A stretch of 64,000 nt of DNA, taken from Phoronis australis. Taxonomy: Eukaryota; Animalia; Phoronida. Positions 50,751 to 61,366 of the stretch are shown here, piece after piece (the first letter of the stretch is position 1; every line of letters starts with the position of its first letter). The position numbers were made by a program, and so were the translations under genes. The notes under the pieces are model-generated. The model was not told the origin of the DNA. It was given only the letters and a program-made list of their open reading frames with translations, and did not search any database. The stretch covers positions 189,255 to 253,254 of the forward strand of contig NMRA01000184.1 in the NCBI GenBank assembly GCA_002633005.1, written 5' to 3'.

Positions 50751-51377
50751 CTGTGGGAAAAGCATAACATAAGGCTGGTTCAAATAAATCCGAACAACAC
50801 CCTAAACAGCACAGACACAGTTAGAGTTCTGCTTCGTGTGGGTAAAACTCCAGCAAAAGTATCACTTTCTGTATAGAAATGATATTCAGTTGCTTTATAG
50901 CAAGCCCAGTCTGTCTTCCTTACATATCAACAGCATTCTTTTATGAGCACACGTTTGCTCTCTAAGTTGTACTTCCTTTATCGCAACAAAATTTTTCTTT
51001 CTCATGAGCACATTTCTTTTCTAAGAAATCACTTTGTTCCACCCTCGGACAGGGGGGGGGGGGGNGGGGGGGGGGGGGGCATGAATAAGCATGTTAAAAC
51101 TGTGCACTCCAACACGTTCTGTAAGATGTGGTTCATGGGAAAAGAAATCTGTTGGTTTTAAAATAACTGAGGTGCACTAGAAAGGAATTACACAATGAGA
51201 TCAAAGTTTTATATTCGAGGCAAAAGAACGCAGTTAAAGAGAATATCTGCATCGTCCATAAGGAAGACTTGAAAACCAGAAACTAAGCACGGAACTACAA
51301 CGAATTACCACATTTATTTACATATCTATTCAACCTGTCGATTGAGTACAGAATACACAGGCACTGAGACAACATAC

Positions 51378-51718
51378 CTGGAGACATGCCGTAGGAATCT
51401 GGGAATCTTTTCGGTGACTGGAAGCCGGGCATAGTCCCACTGGGCTTCTGCCCACCCTGATAGCCCTGTTGTGGACCCTGCGGTGGCGGCGGTGGGGGCT
51501 GTTGTTGGTGTTGATAAAACTGGCCTGGGCCTGTGCCAGGGTAGGGTGGTCTCTGGCCAGGGTAATGATGGGGCGGTGGCGGCCTCAGGGTGCTCTGGTG
51601 CTGCTGCTGCTGCTGCGGAAGCTGCGGCGGCGGCTGCTGGGGAGGGGCCTGGTTGAACGTGTCTGGCGCGGGAGACATATTGTTGTTCATAGAGGCAGGC
51701 TGTCGCATGTGGCCAGGG
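51378..51718 (-). CDS. ARID1: ARID1 exon, poly-P/poly-Q low complexity
   Basis: ttccag acceptor and g|gtatgt donor; 341 nt, phase 2 to 1. Confidence 0.87.
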
Positions 51719-52180
51719 CTGGAACATACAGAAGACAACTGGTTAGTGTCTCAACGCAATTAGTATAACTTGGTGACATTTTAGCAGCATTAGGTTGCAT
51801 TTATTTTTGCATATAAGAATGCAAGTTTGAGCATTACAACTACAACAAGGTAAAAAAAGAACATTTCCTCAAGGTATCGTCATATTTTAAAGCTGCACAA
51901 AGGCACATAAGCAAGGGCAACCCAGGTTTAGATCACTGTGATTTGTCGAGCAATGAGTAAGAAAAAACAAATCCTGCATCACCTATGCTCATCTGCGGTG
52001 GAGTTTTTGAAAAACCAACAACCAAAACATACCGGATCACACACTCAATTTTCAAAAAAAGCTTTTTGGCTAATCTAAAAACAACTCAATATAAATTTTG
52101 TGGCACAACAATCAATGCCTGGCATAGAACACATGAAGACATTAGTGAACAACAGAAAAGAACAACATTCTAAAACTAAC

Positions 52181-52703
52181 CCTTCATTTCCAAAGGCATT
52201 ATTTTGGTTTCCAAACTGGTTGAAGCCATCTGGCATGCCCATACGGTTGCCATAGGAATCGTGGGGCAGGCTGGGTCGAGAGTGGTCGTACTGAGACACG
52301 GGCATCCTGGGTGGCATCTCGTTGTAGTTACCTCCGTAACCACCTGGGGGCATGCCTCCATGTGTGTTCATTGGCGGGCGACTATTGTAGGCCATACTCT
52401 GATTCATGCCAGAATACGGCGGCATCTGAGAGTTCATATTCCGTGACCCACCCATGTGGGCATCGTCAGAGAACGGGTCTTGCACCATGATACTATCCTG
52501 GTTACCCATCATGTTGCCAGGGCCACCTCCACCAAAGTGAGGCGTGGGCAGCGTGCTAGGGGGCGCCATGGTGTTGGGCGGCATAACGCCTCCATCCAGC
52601 GCCATGTCCAAATTGTTGTACGGCTGGTTCATATGGTTGAAGTCGTTACGCATGTGATGTGGCGGCTGCCGGAACATACCATCTTGTATATTGGGTGGCA
52701 TAG
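52181..52703 (-). CDS. ARID1: ARID1 exon, M/P/N/G-rich with QDPFSD motif
   Basis: ttctcag acceptor and gg|gttagt donor; 523 nt, phase 1 to 2. Confidence 0.88.
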
Positions 52704-52933
52704 CTGAGAAGGAAAAAAGAGAAAGCACCATTATTGGTGAGAAATTTGGAACACAATGTCATTGCCACTTGGTAGGCAACGGATTCCCACGTTTGTTCAC
52801 TAATGACAACTATAACTACATTCACAACAGCAACATTGTTTTCCCTAGTTACAGAACTTCATGCATCATGAACTATCGGCTGTATTGCATTTCCATTTAC
52901 GCAGGAATGATCAAGACGTACCTTTAGACCTAC

Positions 52934-53159
52934 CTGGCGATGGTGGCTGCTGCTTGTATCGATTCTTTGCTTTCTTGGCTTCGTTGGCAGCCTCCATCTG
53001 AGCAATGATTGGTGCCGGGTCGACTCCCCCCTTGTCGTAGCGGCACTCAAATGCAAACATATACTTGATGTAATTCTTACGCAGTGTGTATGCAACACTG
53101 GCCGATGATCCCATGCCCAGCATGGGGCCTATCTCCTTCCACTTTTTGGTCTTACACAA
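52934..53159 (-). CDS. ARID1: ARID1 exon, ARID domain C-terminal half (LCKTKKWKEIG...LRKNYIKYMFAFEC)
   Basis: ttacag acceptor and g|gtaggt donor; 226 nt. Confidence 0.94.
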
Positions 53160-53801
53160 CTGTAACGAGACATTGAATTCAGTTACAAAACTGAAGCAGT
53201 GATCAAGAATTAATAGTAAAATACTCCCATACTTAAAATGTCGTTCTAGGCTAAACGTGGACAACGTCCTGGAATACATCTCTTCCAGTTGATGCACTCA
53301 GCCCTTCAACTTAATCAGAAAAGTGTCTTGTTCTTGTAGGGTTGAACTTAGCAAGCTTTACCGTAGCAGTTGTAATTGCATAATATTCAAACATTCTACT
53401 GTCGAATCGCACCACAACAACAAACCCCGTTTGTAATGTTCGTTTGCTGATAATGCTCCATTCCGCAACTCCTAATTACTCCAAATTGAATGCAAAATAT
53501 CCATTCTATGGTTTTAATGAACACAGATACAGCGTTCACAAGATGCTATTGATCATGTGCCTCAATTTCATATTTGTTCACAGCACAATGCACAGGTACG
53601 TGGTTTGCTGCAAGCGGCTGGGCAAGTGGTTTCTATTTACAACCGTAATGTGTAACTTAGTCCAAGGTTGACGAAGATTCAACCCATATGTGCTTCTGAC
53701 TTGTGGGAGTTTATCTGTACATGTGCAGTGGACAATGTTAATTTTGTATTTCTACCGATTAAAAGTCAGCTCCACTGGTATTCTACGGTTTTTATTTTCC
53801 A

Positions 53802-53971
53802 TAGAAAGTCGATTTGGTTACAGCCCACTTCGGTTACAGCGAACCTGGGATACAGCGAGCCTCGGTAACAGAGAGTCTCGGTTACAGTGAGTCTCGGTTA
53901 CAGTGAGTCTCGGTTACATCAAACGCCTTAGGTAGGTCTCGCGAAGTTTGTTGTAACGAGGTTCGACTGTA
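53802..53971. mobile_element. Tigger/pogo-like MITE whose left arm is a 16-bp x6 minisatellite
   Basis: tacag(c/t)gagtctcggt-like units at 53819-53914; right end gttgtaacgaggttcgactgta is the inverted equivalent. Confidence 0.75.
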
Positions 53972-54519
53972 CTTATTAATTTTGAAATTTACAAAATGTT
54001 GGATCTTGTTTACCATCATGTTTTATAAATAAGATTTAAAGGTGTTGTCCCAAAGTTAAAAAACCTTGCATCATGATTTCAGAAGTCACATACATAACAG
54101 AAAAACACGATAGCACACCCTCTGTAAATAGACAACCTAGTAGATTTACACAGCCGGTATAATGAACAGACATCTTTGATTAATATACGAATGTCTGTGG
54201 CAGATGCACCAATGTGTGCGACAATTCGCAACTGCCTTCATCTTAAACTGTGTCGGACACCAGCAGCTTATCCGATATTAGCGAACTGAGGTCATAATAT
54301 TAACGGGGAGTAGGTGGGATGCACTTTTCAGCCCACTAAGAGTTTTATGTGCTCATCAATTAAAATCACTTCAAAGTCCCCATCTGATCAGACAGTCGCA
54401 CTTGTGAACTGCTGATTGCCAAGCATTTATTGTAATCAAATCTTCAAATTCTCACAAACCCAAACCAGTACTCAATAGAATACACAAATCAGTGATGGAG
54501 AAATGAAAACTGTACTTAC

Positions 54520-54714
54520 TACTTCAAAGCCACCCCTCTCCTTGACGAGATGGTAAAGCTTGTAGAGATCCAGATGGGTCTTGGCAATGGCTGGGACGCT
54601 GGTCACAGGCTGGCCGCGCTCTTCCAACAGCTGCAGTAGTCTCTCCAGCAACGCTCGCCGACCCGGTTCCTCTCCCATGTCACACAACTTCTGTAGCACA
54701 GTGTCACTGGCCTT
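54520..54714 (-). CDS. ARID1: ARID1 exon, ARID domain N-terminal half (KLCDMGEEPGRR...LDLYKLYHLVKERGGFEV)
   Basis: ctgcag acceptor and gtaagt donor; 195 nt, phase 0-0. Confidence 0.93.
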
Positions 54715-55089
54715 CTGCAGTATATAATCCAATAGTGGAACTGTTCGTTTCGGGACATAGAAGCGCCATTGATTTGGGTGCTTAAGCACAGAGACAAATG
54801 CATAATTTTTGCATAATCCTTAGAATTAATTAAGGTATGAATTCGAACTGCAACATGAAATTTGAAATTTAAATTGACATAGTAGCTTTAATGTTAGGGT
54901 CATCAAAAGAGAACTAAGGTTACGTTCTCATCTGCATAAATCAGACAGTACTTGAGCACACAACAGTGTTCCTCAGAGACTAAGTTTTTACATCATTTGA
55001 CACACTTAAACTAAAAACTTATTGAGTTTATGGGTGCATTACTTTGGAGGCACTCTTGATACACTGGAAGAATTAAAACATCAGATATA

Positions 55090-55990
55090 ATATAACGCAG
55101 AGCATTGATATGCACCGATTGTGAGCATCACAGTCACTTAAGATATGAGGGGTGCTAATTTTTCAAATCTTCCCAATGGTAGTCAGGTTCACTCGTGAAT
55201 CAGCATCAGTTGAGCTCTCATAGGTCATAGGTCTCACAGATGCATAGGTCAAATTTTATGAAGATCCATCCAAGATATTGGTGGATAGTGAAGCAGACAC
55301 AATGACAATTTTCTACTAGGGGGTGCAATAGAAGTCACACCAGGTCAAAAATGAGCACATGCCATGCCTTCCTCAACAAGAACCCATTTGTCAAATTTCA
55401 TGAAGTATCACAAAAAATGCCACTGAGAGGCGCCACAGAAGTTGTGCTCTCCTCCATATGATCACACTCGACAAATTTCATAAACCTCCATACAAGAACT
55501 TGACAGATATTGTGGAAAAACCTTAGTAAACTTAAACTGTCGTCATGGAACACCACAGTAGATCTGTCCGAATATTAATGTTGGTCATACCGTACTCAAA
55601 ATGAACACATCTGCCAATTTCTTGATAATTCTTAAAGTGTTTTGGAGAACAGACAGGCAGCTGCCAACAAAAGAAAAAATATAACAACGGCCACCAGCGG
55701 GCACAGCACAGGTCGAATCCAGCGAAAACTGAGCAAATGCTGTTGCCCTTTCTTCCAAAGAAAGTTACTTGTCAAACTTCATGAAGTATCAAGGAGCTTG
55801 TTAGATGATGAAGCATACACAAAGAAAACAAATTGGAAGTAATCCGGCCTAGCCATCAAATCGGCATCAGTCACGCTTTCTTCAAAGTGAACAAAATTTC
55901 ATCAAGATCCATCAAATGAGTCCGTAGATATTGAGGCTAGGATAATGGTAAAAATTGGAGGACAAACTAGTCTCCCACGCTAACTCGAGA
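55090..55990. mobile_element. Degenerate second copy of the Helentron-type element family, in an ARID1 intron
   Basis: aacgcagagcattgatatgcacc at 55094-55116 matches 37265-37288; repeated aaatttcatgaagatccatc-like and ccactag..ggcgc-like blocks. Confidence 0.65.
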
Positions 55991-57388
55991 AATTTCAACA
56001 CAGCATTAAACCAACGTCTCACGCAGTTCATGTACGTTTTCCAAATTCCAGCTCAATCGGGAAGCTTATGTTTAGGCTTTTTGCAAAAGGGGACAAACTA
56101 CCAGCTTTAACTTTGCAAAACATCGAGTAACATTGAAAGTGATCTGCGTAATAGAGAAAAGCAACTATACTGACAAGTAGCCAGAAATCAGAATACAATG
56201 GAAAGAGGAATATGTTACCAAAAGTTTTCACATCGAAGGCAATTCAGTGTTTAAAGAGAGAGACGGAAGACAGTAGTATTCAGACCGTGGTTTTAAATTA
56301 AAACACAATCAAAGCAAAGTGGCTACCCAATACCAAATCTTGAGAAATACTATACACTTGAAAGGAAAACTTATAGCGTTTCTCAATGCCACTTTTTCTA
56401 AGAGCACAAATCCCTTGGTCCTAGCAACAATAGAAATGCATCCAAAAAGGTATAACAAAAGGCCCACATCTTGCTGTGAGAGCATTCACTTCAACTAAGC
56501 AAACACAGACTGTCTCACTACTGAGTATTTTAATGTCCGTCAATTATTGTTTTTTCAATGGCAGTCCATTCAGCCATATCCAAATGCAGCCTGTAACAGG
56601 GACGGTATTGGAACTTATCTATTGTTTCCAAGGGATCAGTACTTTAATGGTTTTCCAAAGATAACCAGAATTTGTAATTTTAGTAACATAATTTTAGGTA
56701 ACATAAAAACAGATGCTGTCCCTTAACAGCAACAAAGAAACTCTCAACAGATTCCATCAAGTTGTTACATTAAAAACCATGTAAGATTTTTGCATAATCA
56801 TGCTGCTTTTGCTCCATCATTTGGTTTCTAAACAATACCTTTGTGGGCAGAATTTTTAGTGCATGTGAAAGAGTGGCTGTAAATTCTTGATGAATTGGAA
56901 TGGGCAGCCTGCACAACACTGTAAGAACACAAAGAAACAAAACTGCTACACCACACAAGTTATAAGAAGAAGTCAAGGTTGGTTACTCATCACTCACGCT
57001 TTTATGTGGAAAGTGGTTAACTTTCAACTGTGACGAGAAGGAAAACATGGTCACATCCACTAAACAGGAGTGTATTATACAAGGCAATTTGGGCAATGAA
57101 CTGGTGAACACTGGGAACGCAGTCAATCTCAATTCGTTTTTCAGCAAGAGAAAGCACTCCCGAGATTATGTTCTTATCAAATGGAAGAAAAATGGAGATT
57201 CTTAAAATAGTAAGAGATGACCATGTTTTCAATCACACCACAAAGGAATGTGTTAAACGTAAGCCAACAACAGATTTGTGTCAGTTGCACATGAGTGCAG
57301 TTACAAACCAGCGTGCACATCTACATGGCTATAGCAGGTGGGCAGTTTTGCTTACTGAATGTCCAGCGTCTCGGTAGACACTACTCAC

Positions 57389-57651
57389 TGGCGTGCCCGG
57401 CCAACTCGGACTGCTCACGTTGTCCAGGTCTTCGTGAAACGAAGACATGGATGTGGTGCTTGGAGACGGGGGCACCATGCCGAGTGGGGTCGCGGGCTGT
57501 GACTCGACCTTGACCTTTGACCCATCATCTTTGTCCTGACCCGAGGAAGAAGTGATACTGTCTTGTGACTCCTCCTTAATAGCTGATATTGACTCTGAGG
57601 TAGTTGTGACTGGGCTGGTTATGCTTTGTGTAACAACCGTGTCGGACGGGG
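57389..57651 (-). CDS. ARID1: ARID1 exon, S/T-rich (…PSPSTTSMSSFHEDLDNVSSPSWPGTP); alternative in-frame donor at 57356
   Basis: tttacacag acceptor; gtgagt donor at 57388 or gtaagc at 57355; SMSS.H...SSPSWP.TP motif precedes the ARID domain. Confidence 0.88.
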
Positions 57652-58047
57652 CTGTGTAAAACAAAAACAAGGTCAGCCTTGAAAGACTATCGAGCACACC
57701 TCAACTACCCTGTGTGATCAAAAACAGGACCAAAAGAAATCTGGACTTTGGTTATATTACAAGGCTACACCTTTGGCTCCAAAGGTGGTTTCACGATAGT
57801 GAGGATTCAGTCTTAATCAAAATGTCAGTCTACGAACTGAAAGCTAACGAAACTCACACGCTATTCGTAACTTTACCATCGACAATAAACAATGGAATGT
57901 TGTCTATTTGAGGATATGTATGGCTATACCAAATGACAAAAACTGTGAAACAGATCTCAAGCTACCACACCACTATAGTATGGTGTTGACAACAAATGCA
58001 ATACCTGTTTATACCCAACACTGAAACTAATTAAATATGAGTCATAC

Positions 58048-58713
58048 CTGGACTAGAAGTGGCCATGGTTGTCTTGACATCCACAGATTCAGTTGACTGA
58101 GTTGCTAATGGTGTTGATGTAGGTTCAGACTTGATAACTTTGGCAGAGTCATTAACATTAGCCACACTTGGCCCATTGGGTTCTACGGAACTTCCACTAC
58201 CCCCAACACTACCATTGTTGAAGTGTCCCGAGGTAGACATGGCATTCGGTTGGCTTAGTGGCTGTCGCATTGCAGCCACATTGTTGGCAAAGCCCATCTG
58301 ATTTGGAACAGTGGCCGGTGGGGCAGGCATGCGTTGACCCATCTGTTCAGACTTTGGGAAACCAGGTCGCGTTGCGGTTTTAGCTGCGGCCATCAGAGCA
58401 GCCTGGGCCGCCGCCTGGGCAGCTGCCTGTGCACTCCTGGAGCCAGCACCTCCCTGTGGAGGGGGAGGGCCAGACACACTGTTCATGGGACTGCCCTGGT
58501 TTGCGGACAAGTTATTGTAAGCACCATATTGTCCACCTAGTCCGTTGCCTTGGGGAAACGAGTTGTACTGACTACCACGCGAGTAGGCCGGGTTCTGTGG
58601 ACCCATCTGATTGGGAGACACCTGACCCATTGGGGCAACCTGATTCGGTGGCCCATTGAAGCTCTGTTGTGACTGACTGTAGTTTGGCATTCCAGGCTGA
58701 CGTTGGAAGTTTG
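58048..58713 (-). CDS. ARID1: ARID1 exon, Q/P/G/N-rich with AQAAAQAAAQAALMAAA segment; acceptor at 58713 or 58752
   Basis: 239-aa ORF; g|gtatga donor; phase 1-1. Confidence 0.87.
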
Positions 58714-59130
58714 CTTGTAAAAAAATATGAATAAACATTGACAGTTCCAAACCTGCAGTAAGAGATTCTTAAACAGCAAACTAACATACAAACAAGCCAT
58801 TACAAACACAGAAGCTATTTTGCTTGAGTGACATCTAAGACTAAACAGTGTCTGCTTTGTTTTACGAACCTCAGAAAGAAGCCTGTTAATACTGGTAAGT
58901 TTCAGATTTTATGGAAGTTCAGAAGCCAATTTAGAATACAGATAAACAAGTATGGTCCATGAATGATATTGATACACTTTGCTCTAATTTGCTTGGCCTA
59001 TTCACAGCATTGTAAAAATCTGTATTTCATAACTTAGCTACAAACTTAGGACTTGTTTCTGTCACCAGAAATGTCTCCGTTCACATTATTGACAAACACA
59101 CATGAAAAGTGAACAGAAATAGATTTTTAC

Positions 59131-59253
59131 CTTGTTGAAATTGGGAATTCTGAATTGGATACGAGCCCTGCATTTGGTTGGACATCATGCTGGCATGTTT
59201 ACTACCATAACCCATTCCTCCAGGTGGCGGCGGCATGCTCTGTTGCTGAAAAC
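59131..59253 (-). CDS. ARID1: ARID1 exon (GFQQQSMPPPPGGMGYG...QFQQ)
   Basis: ttccag acceptor and g|gtaaaa donor; 123 nt, phase 1-1. Confidence 0.85.
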
Positions 59254-59361
59254 CTGGAACCAAGAGGACAAAGCACATTCTGAGAAAAGGCTATATTAAA
59301 CTCATCAAGACTCTTGAAAAAATTTGATATGGTGAATCACTTTGTATACTAAAGGGGTCAG

Positions 59362-59794
59362 TGGCCAGTTGCATGAAACAGTCCCAAATAGGGACCCAAC
59401 TAAGTTCAAAAAATCTTTTACATATTTGATTCATTCCTTACTCCCAGTTGTAATATTTTCTATTATTTTATCTTTATTACGAGTTCCTACTTAACTAGTA
59501 GTGACATTTTTAGTAATAAAACTAAAAACTAGACCATTAATTCAATCAAAATAATTAGGGACTTAGTCCTTAAATTAGAGACGTTGCATGAAAAGATCCC
59601 TACTTATTTTCAATAATATTGAGAATTCAACGTATAGTTCACTCTCGATTTGTCGATTTGTATCAAAGCCAAAAATTGGCTTAGTAATGGTACTCGAACA
59701 GCATATGAATGGACAATCGGTGTTTTCACAAGCCCACAATTAGGAAGTAAATTTAGCGGAGTCCCTATTTGGGACTGTTTCATGCATCCACAAG
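59362..59794. mobile_element. MITE of about 430 bp with a perfect 26-bp inverted repeat (Harbinger-like, superfamily uncertain)
   Basis: tgcatgaaacagtcccaaatagggac at 59370-59395 is the exact reverse complement of 59761-59786; a degenerate internal copy lies near 59555-59605. Confidence 0.8.
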
Positions 59795-60421
59795 ACACAG
59801 CATTAACAATTCATTAGCACTGGAAGGACAAACAGAGTAATGCAGCTGAGAAAAACTAGTGAAGAACACGCAAAAACAACTAACATGTGAAACTCCAATG
59901 GCACGATAACGAGGCTACAAGTGTTTGACAGATATTGTGGGTAAATACAATGACATTCCAGAGTCGCTGTGTAATCCGAGGCAGCCGTCTTTCAACTTAG
60001 CAAAAAAGAAAGGAACATTCATAGCAAATCAATGACATCAATAATATTGCCAAATTTCGTATAATAGAAATGTCCAAGACGAAATCACAGTTTTCTAAAT
60101 TATCATTCCAATTGCATTTCATTAAATTTCACCCTTTTCTCAAAATTCTTTGCAAGTCCCATTTTTGATAGCCCAGAAGATATAGTATCTCGAAATTTCA
60201 CATGAACGCAATTAGCCAAGATGTGACATCCAATTTTTCTAGGGTCCTGTGTGACCTGGAATAAACCAACAAGCTTTAGAAAGTTTTGATTGAATTTGCA
60301 TAACCTGTTTTCAGTGGTATTTCATGATTCTGGCACCAATGACCCGTTCTCTGGTAAGCTTGGTACAAAACTGTATAGGTCATGGGCTTCCCGGCCAACA
60401 GCGCCAAGTTTGACAACTCAC

Positions 60422-60511
60422 CTTGGTTGGGCATTGGAGAATGGCTCAGTTGTCCATCTAAGTGACTTGATGGGGGTCTCTGGGGGGGCATAGGACTACT
60501 CGACTGTTGAC
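60422..60511 (-). CDS. ARID1: ARID1 exon (GQQSSSPMPPQRPPSSHLDGQLSHSPMPNQ)
   Basis: ttttag acceptor and g|gtgagt donor; 90 nt; MPP.RPPS...D motif of ARID1 proteins. Confidence 0.88.
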
Positions 60512-61197
60512 CTAAAAATAAAACACAGATGTCACTTAATATTGAACAAAAGGGACATGATAGAAGGATGGTATATAACAAGCAGCAAGTGATCTTTTTC
60601 TCATAATATGCCACCAATAATTTTCAAATGTACAGGTAACTGGCAAGTCAAATCTTCCCCCATCTCAGACAAAGTTCTACAGAACATTTTTTTTTTCTGC
60701 ATCGTCTACTCATCCCAGTCAGGTGATCAGTGCAATGGTCCCACATGCGCACGTCTGGCATGAGTACAAGACCACCTGCAATTATGTACATTTATCATAC
60801 CCCTAAGATTTCGCTTCCGTCCATTCACTCTGATCAGATTTGTGCACGTTTTGCACGAGAAACTATACCAATAATGAATTGGACAACAATCTAAGCACGT
60901 TTTTCTAATCAAGCAACAAGGAAAAGCAAACTTGCACGTTTTGAGCCTTAACTCCCTAACAACCAGCCGTGTCTGCAGGGTTTCATCTAGGATTTCAAAA
61001 GCAGGGTACCCAAAATGTGTTTTGCCATTTCTTAGGGCACCCATGGCCAGTGAAGCACAACTGCTTTTGTGTCTTCAAGTCAAACTGCTGCTTTATTGTG
61101 GTATGTAACTGTGGACACATGGGTGTCTAGACTTCAGTCAGTGTGTCCATTTGGAAGCCCTGAACGCAGCAAGATGATGGCCTGTTTGTCTACCTAC

Positions 61198-61366
61198 CTG
61201 TTATAGATGCAGGTGTTCCCGACCTTGACCCAGCTGACCCAGCAGGGGAGGGCACAGGCCTCATACCTCCCATGTGGTAGTTGGATGACGTGGGTGTGCC
61301 CTGTGACCCCCCAGGCATGGTGGACTGCTCACAGTTCAACTGTTCGTCCAAGTTACCCGTCAACTC
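61198..61366 (-). CDS. ARID1: ARID1 exon (ELTGNLDEQL...RPVPSPAGSAGSRSGTPASIT)
   Basis: caacag acceptor and g|gtaggt donor; 169 nt; PSP.GS.GSRS motif. Further upstream exons were not seen in the window. Confidence 0.85.

Larger units (their letters stand above)
47246..61366 (-). other. ARID1: Gene model (5'-partial): AT-rich interactive domain protein 1 (ARID1A/ARID1B/osa orthologue), BAF complex subunit
   Basis: complement(join(47246-49350,49949-50039,50578-50750,51378-51718,52181-52703,52934-53159,54520-54714,57389-57651,58048-58713,59131-59253,60422-60511,61198-61366)) is 4965 nt, giving 1654 aa plus stop, with consistent phases. Contains the ARID domain, QDPFSD and FP.GSVEATQP motifs and the BAF250_C domain (WRLMMCLKSGLLAESRWALD; SPQRLVLETLCKL; MMGTTLDMLRRAA). 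Confidence 0.95.

Noticed and set aside
53819-53914. Regular short repeats resembling a CRISPR array
   Set aside because: Units are contiguous with no unique spacers, no cas genes are present and the context is a eukaryotic intron; the array derives from a TIR.
60976-61162. Possible hAT MITE (cagggtttc ... gaagccctg)
   Set aside because: Only a 9-bp imperfect inverted match and no 8-bp TSD.
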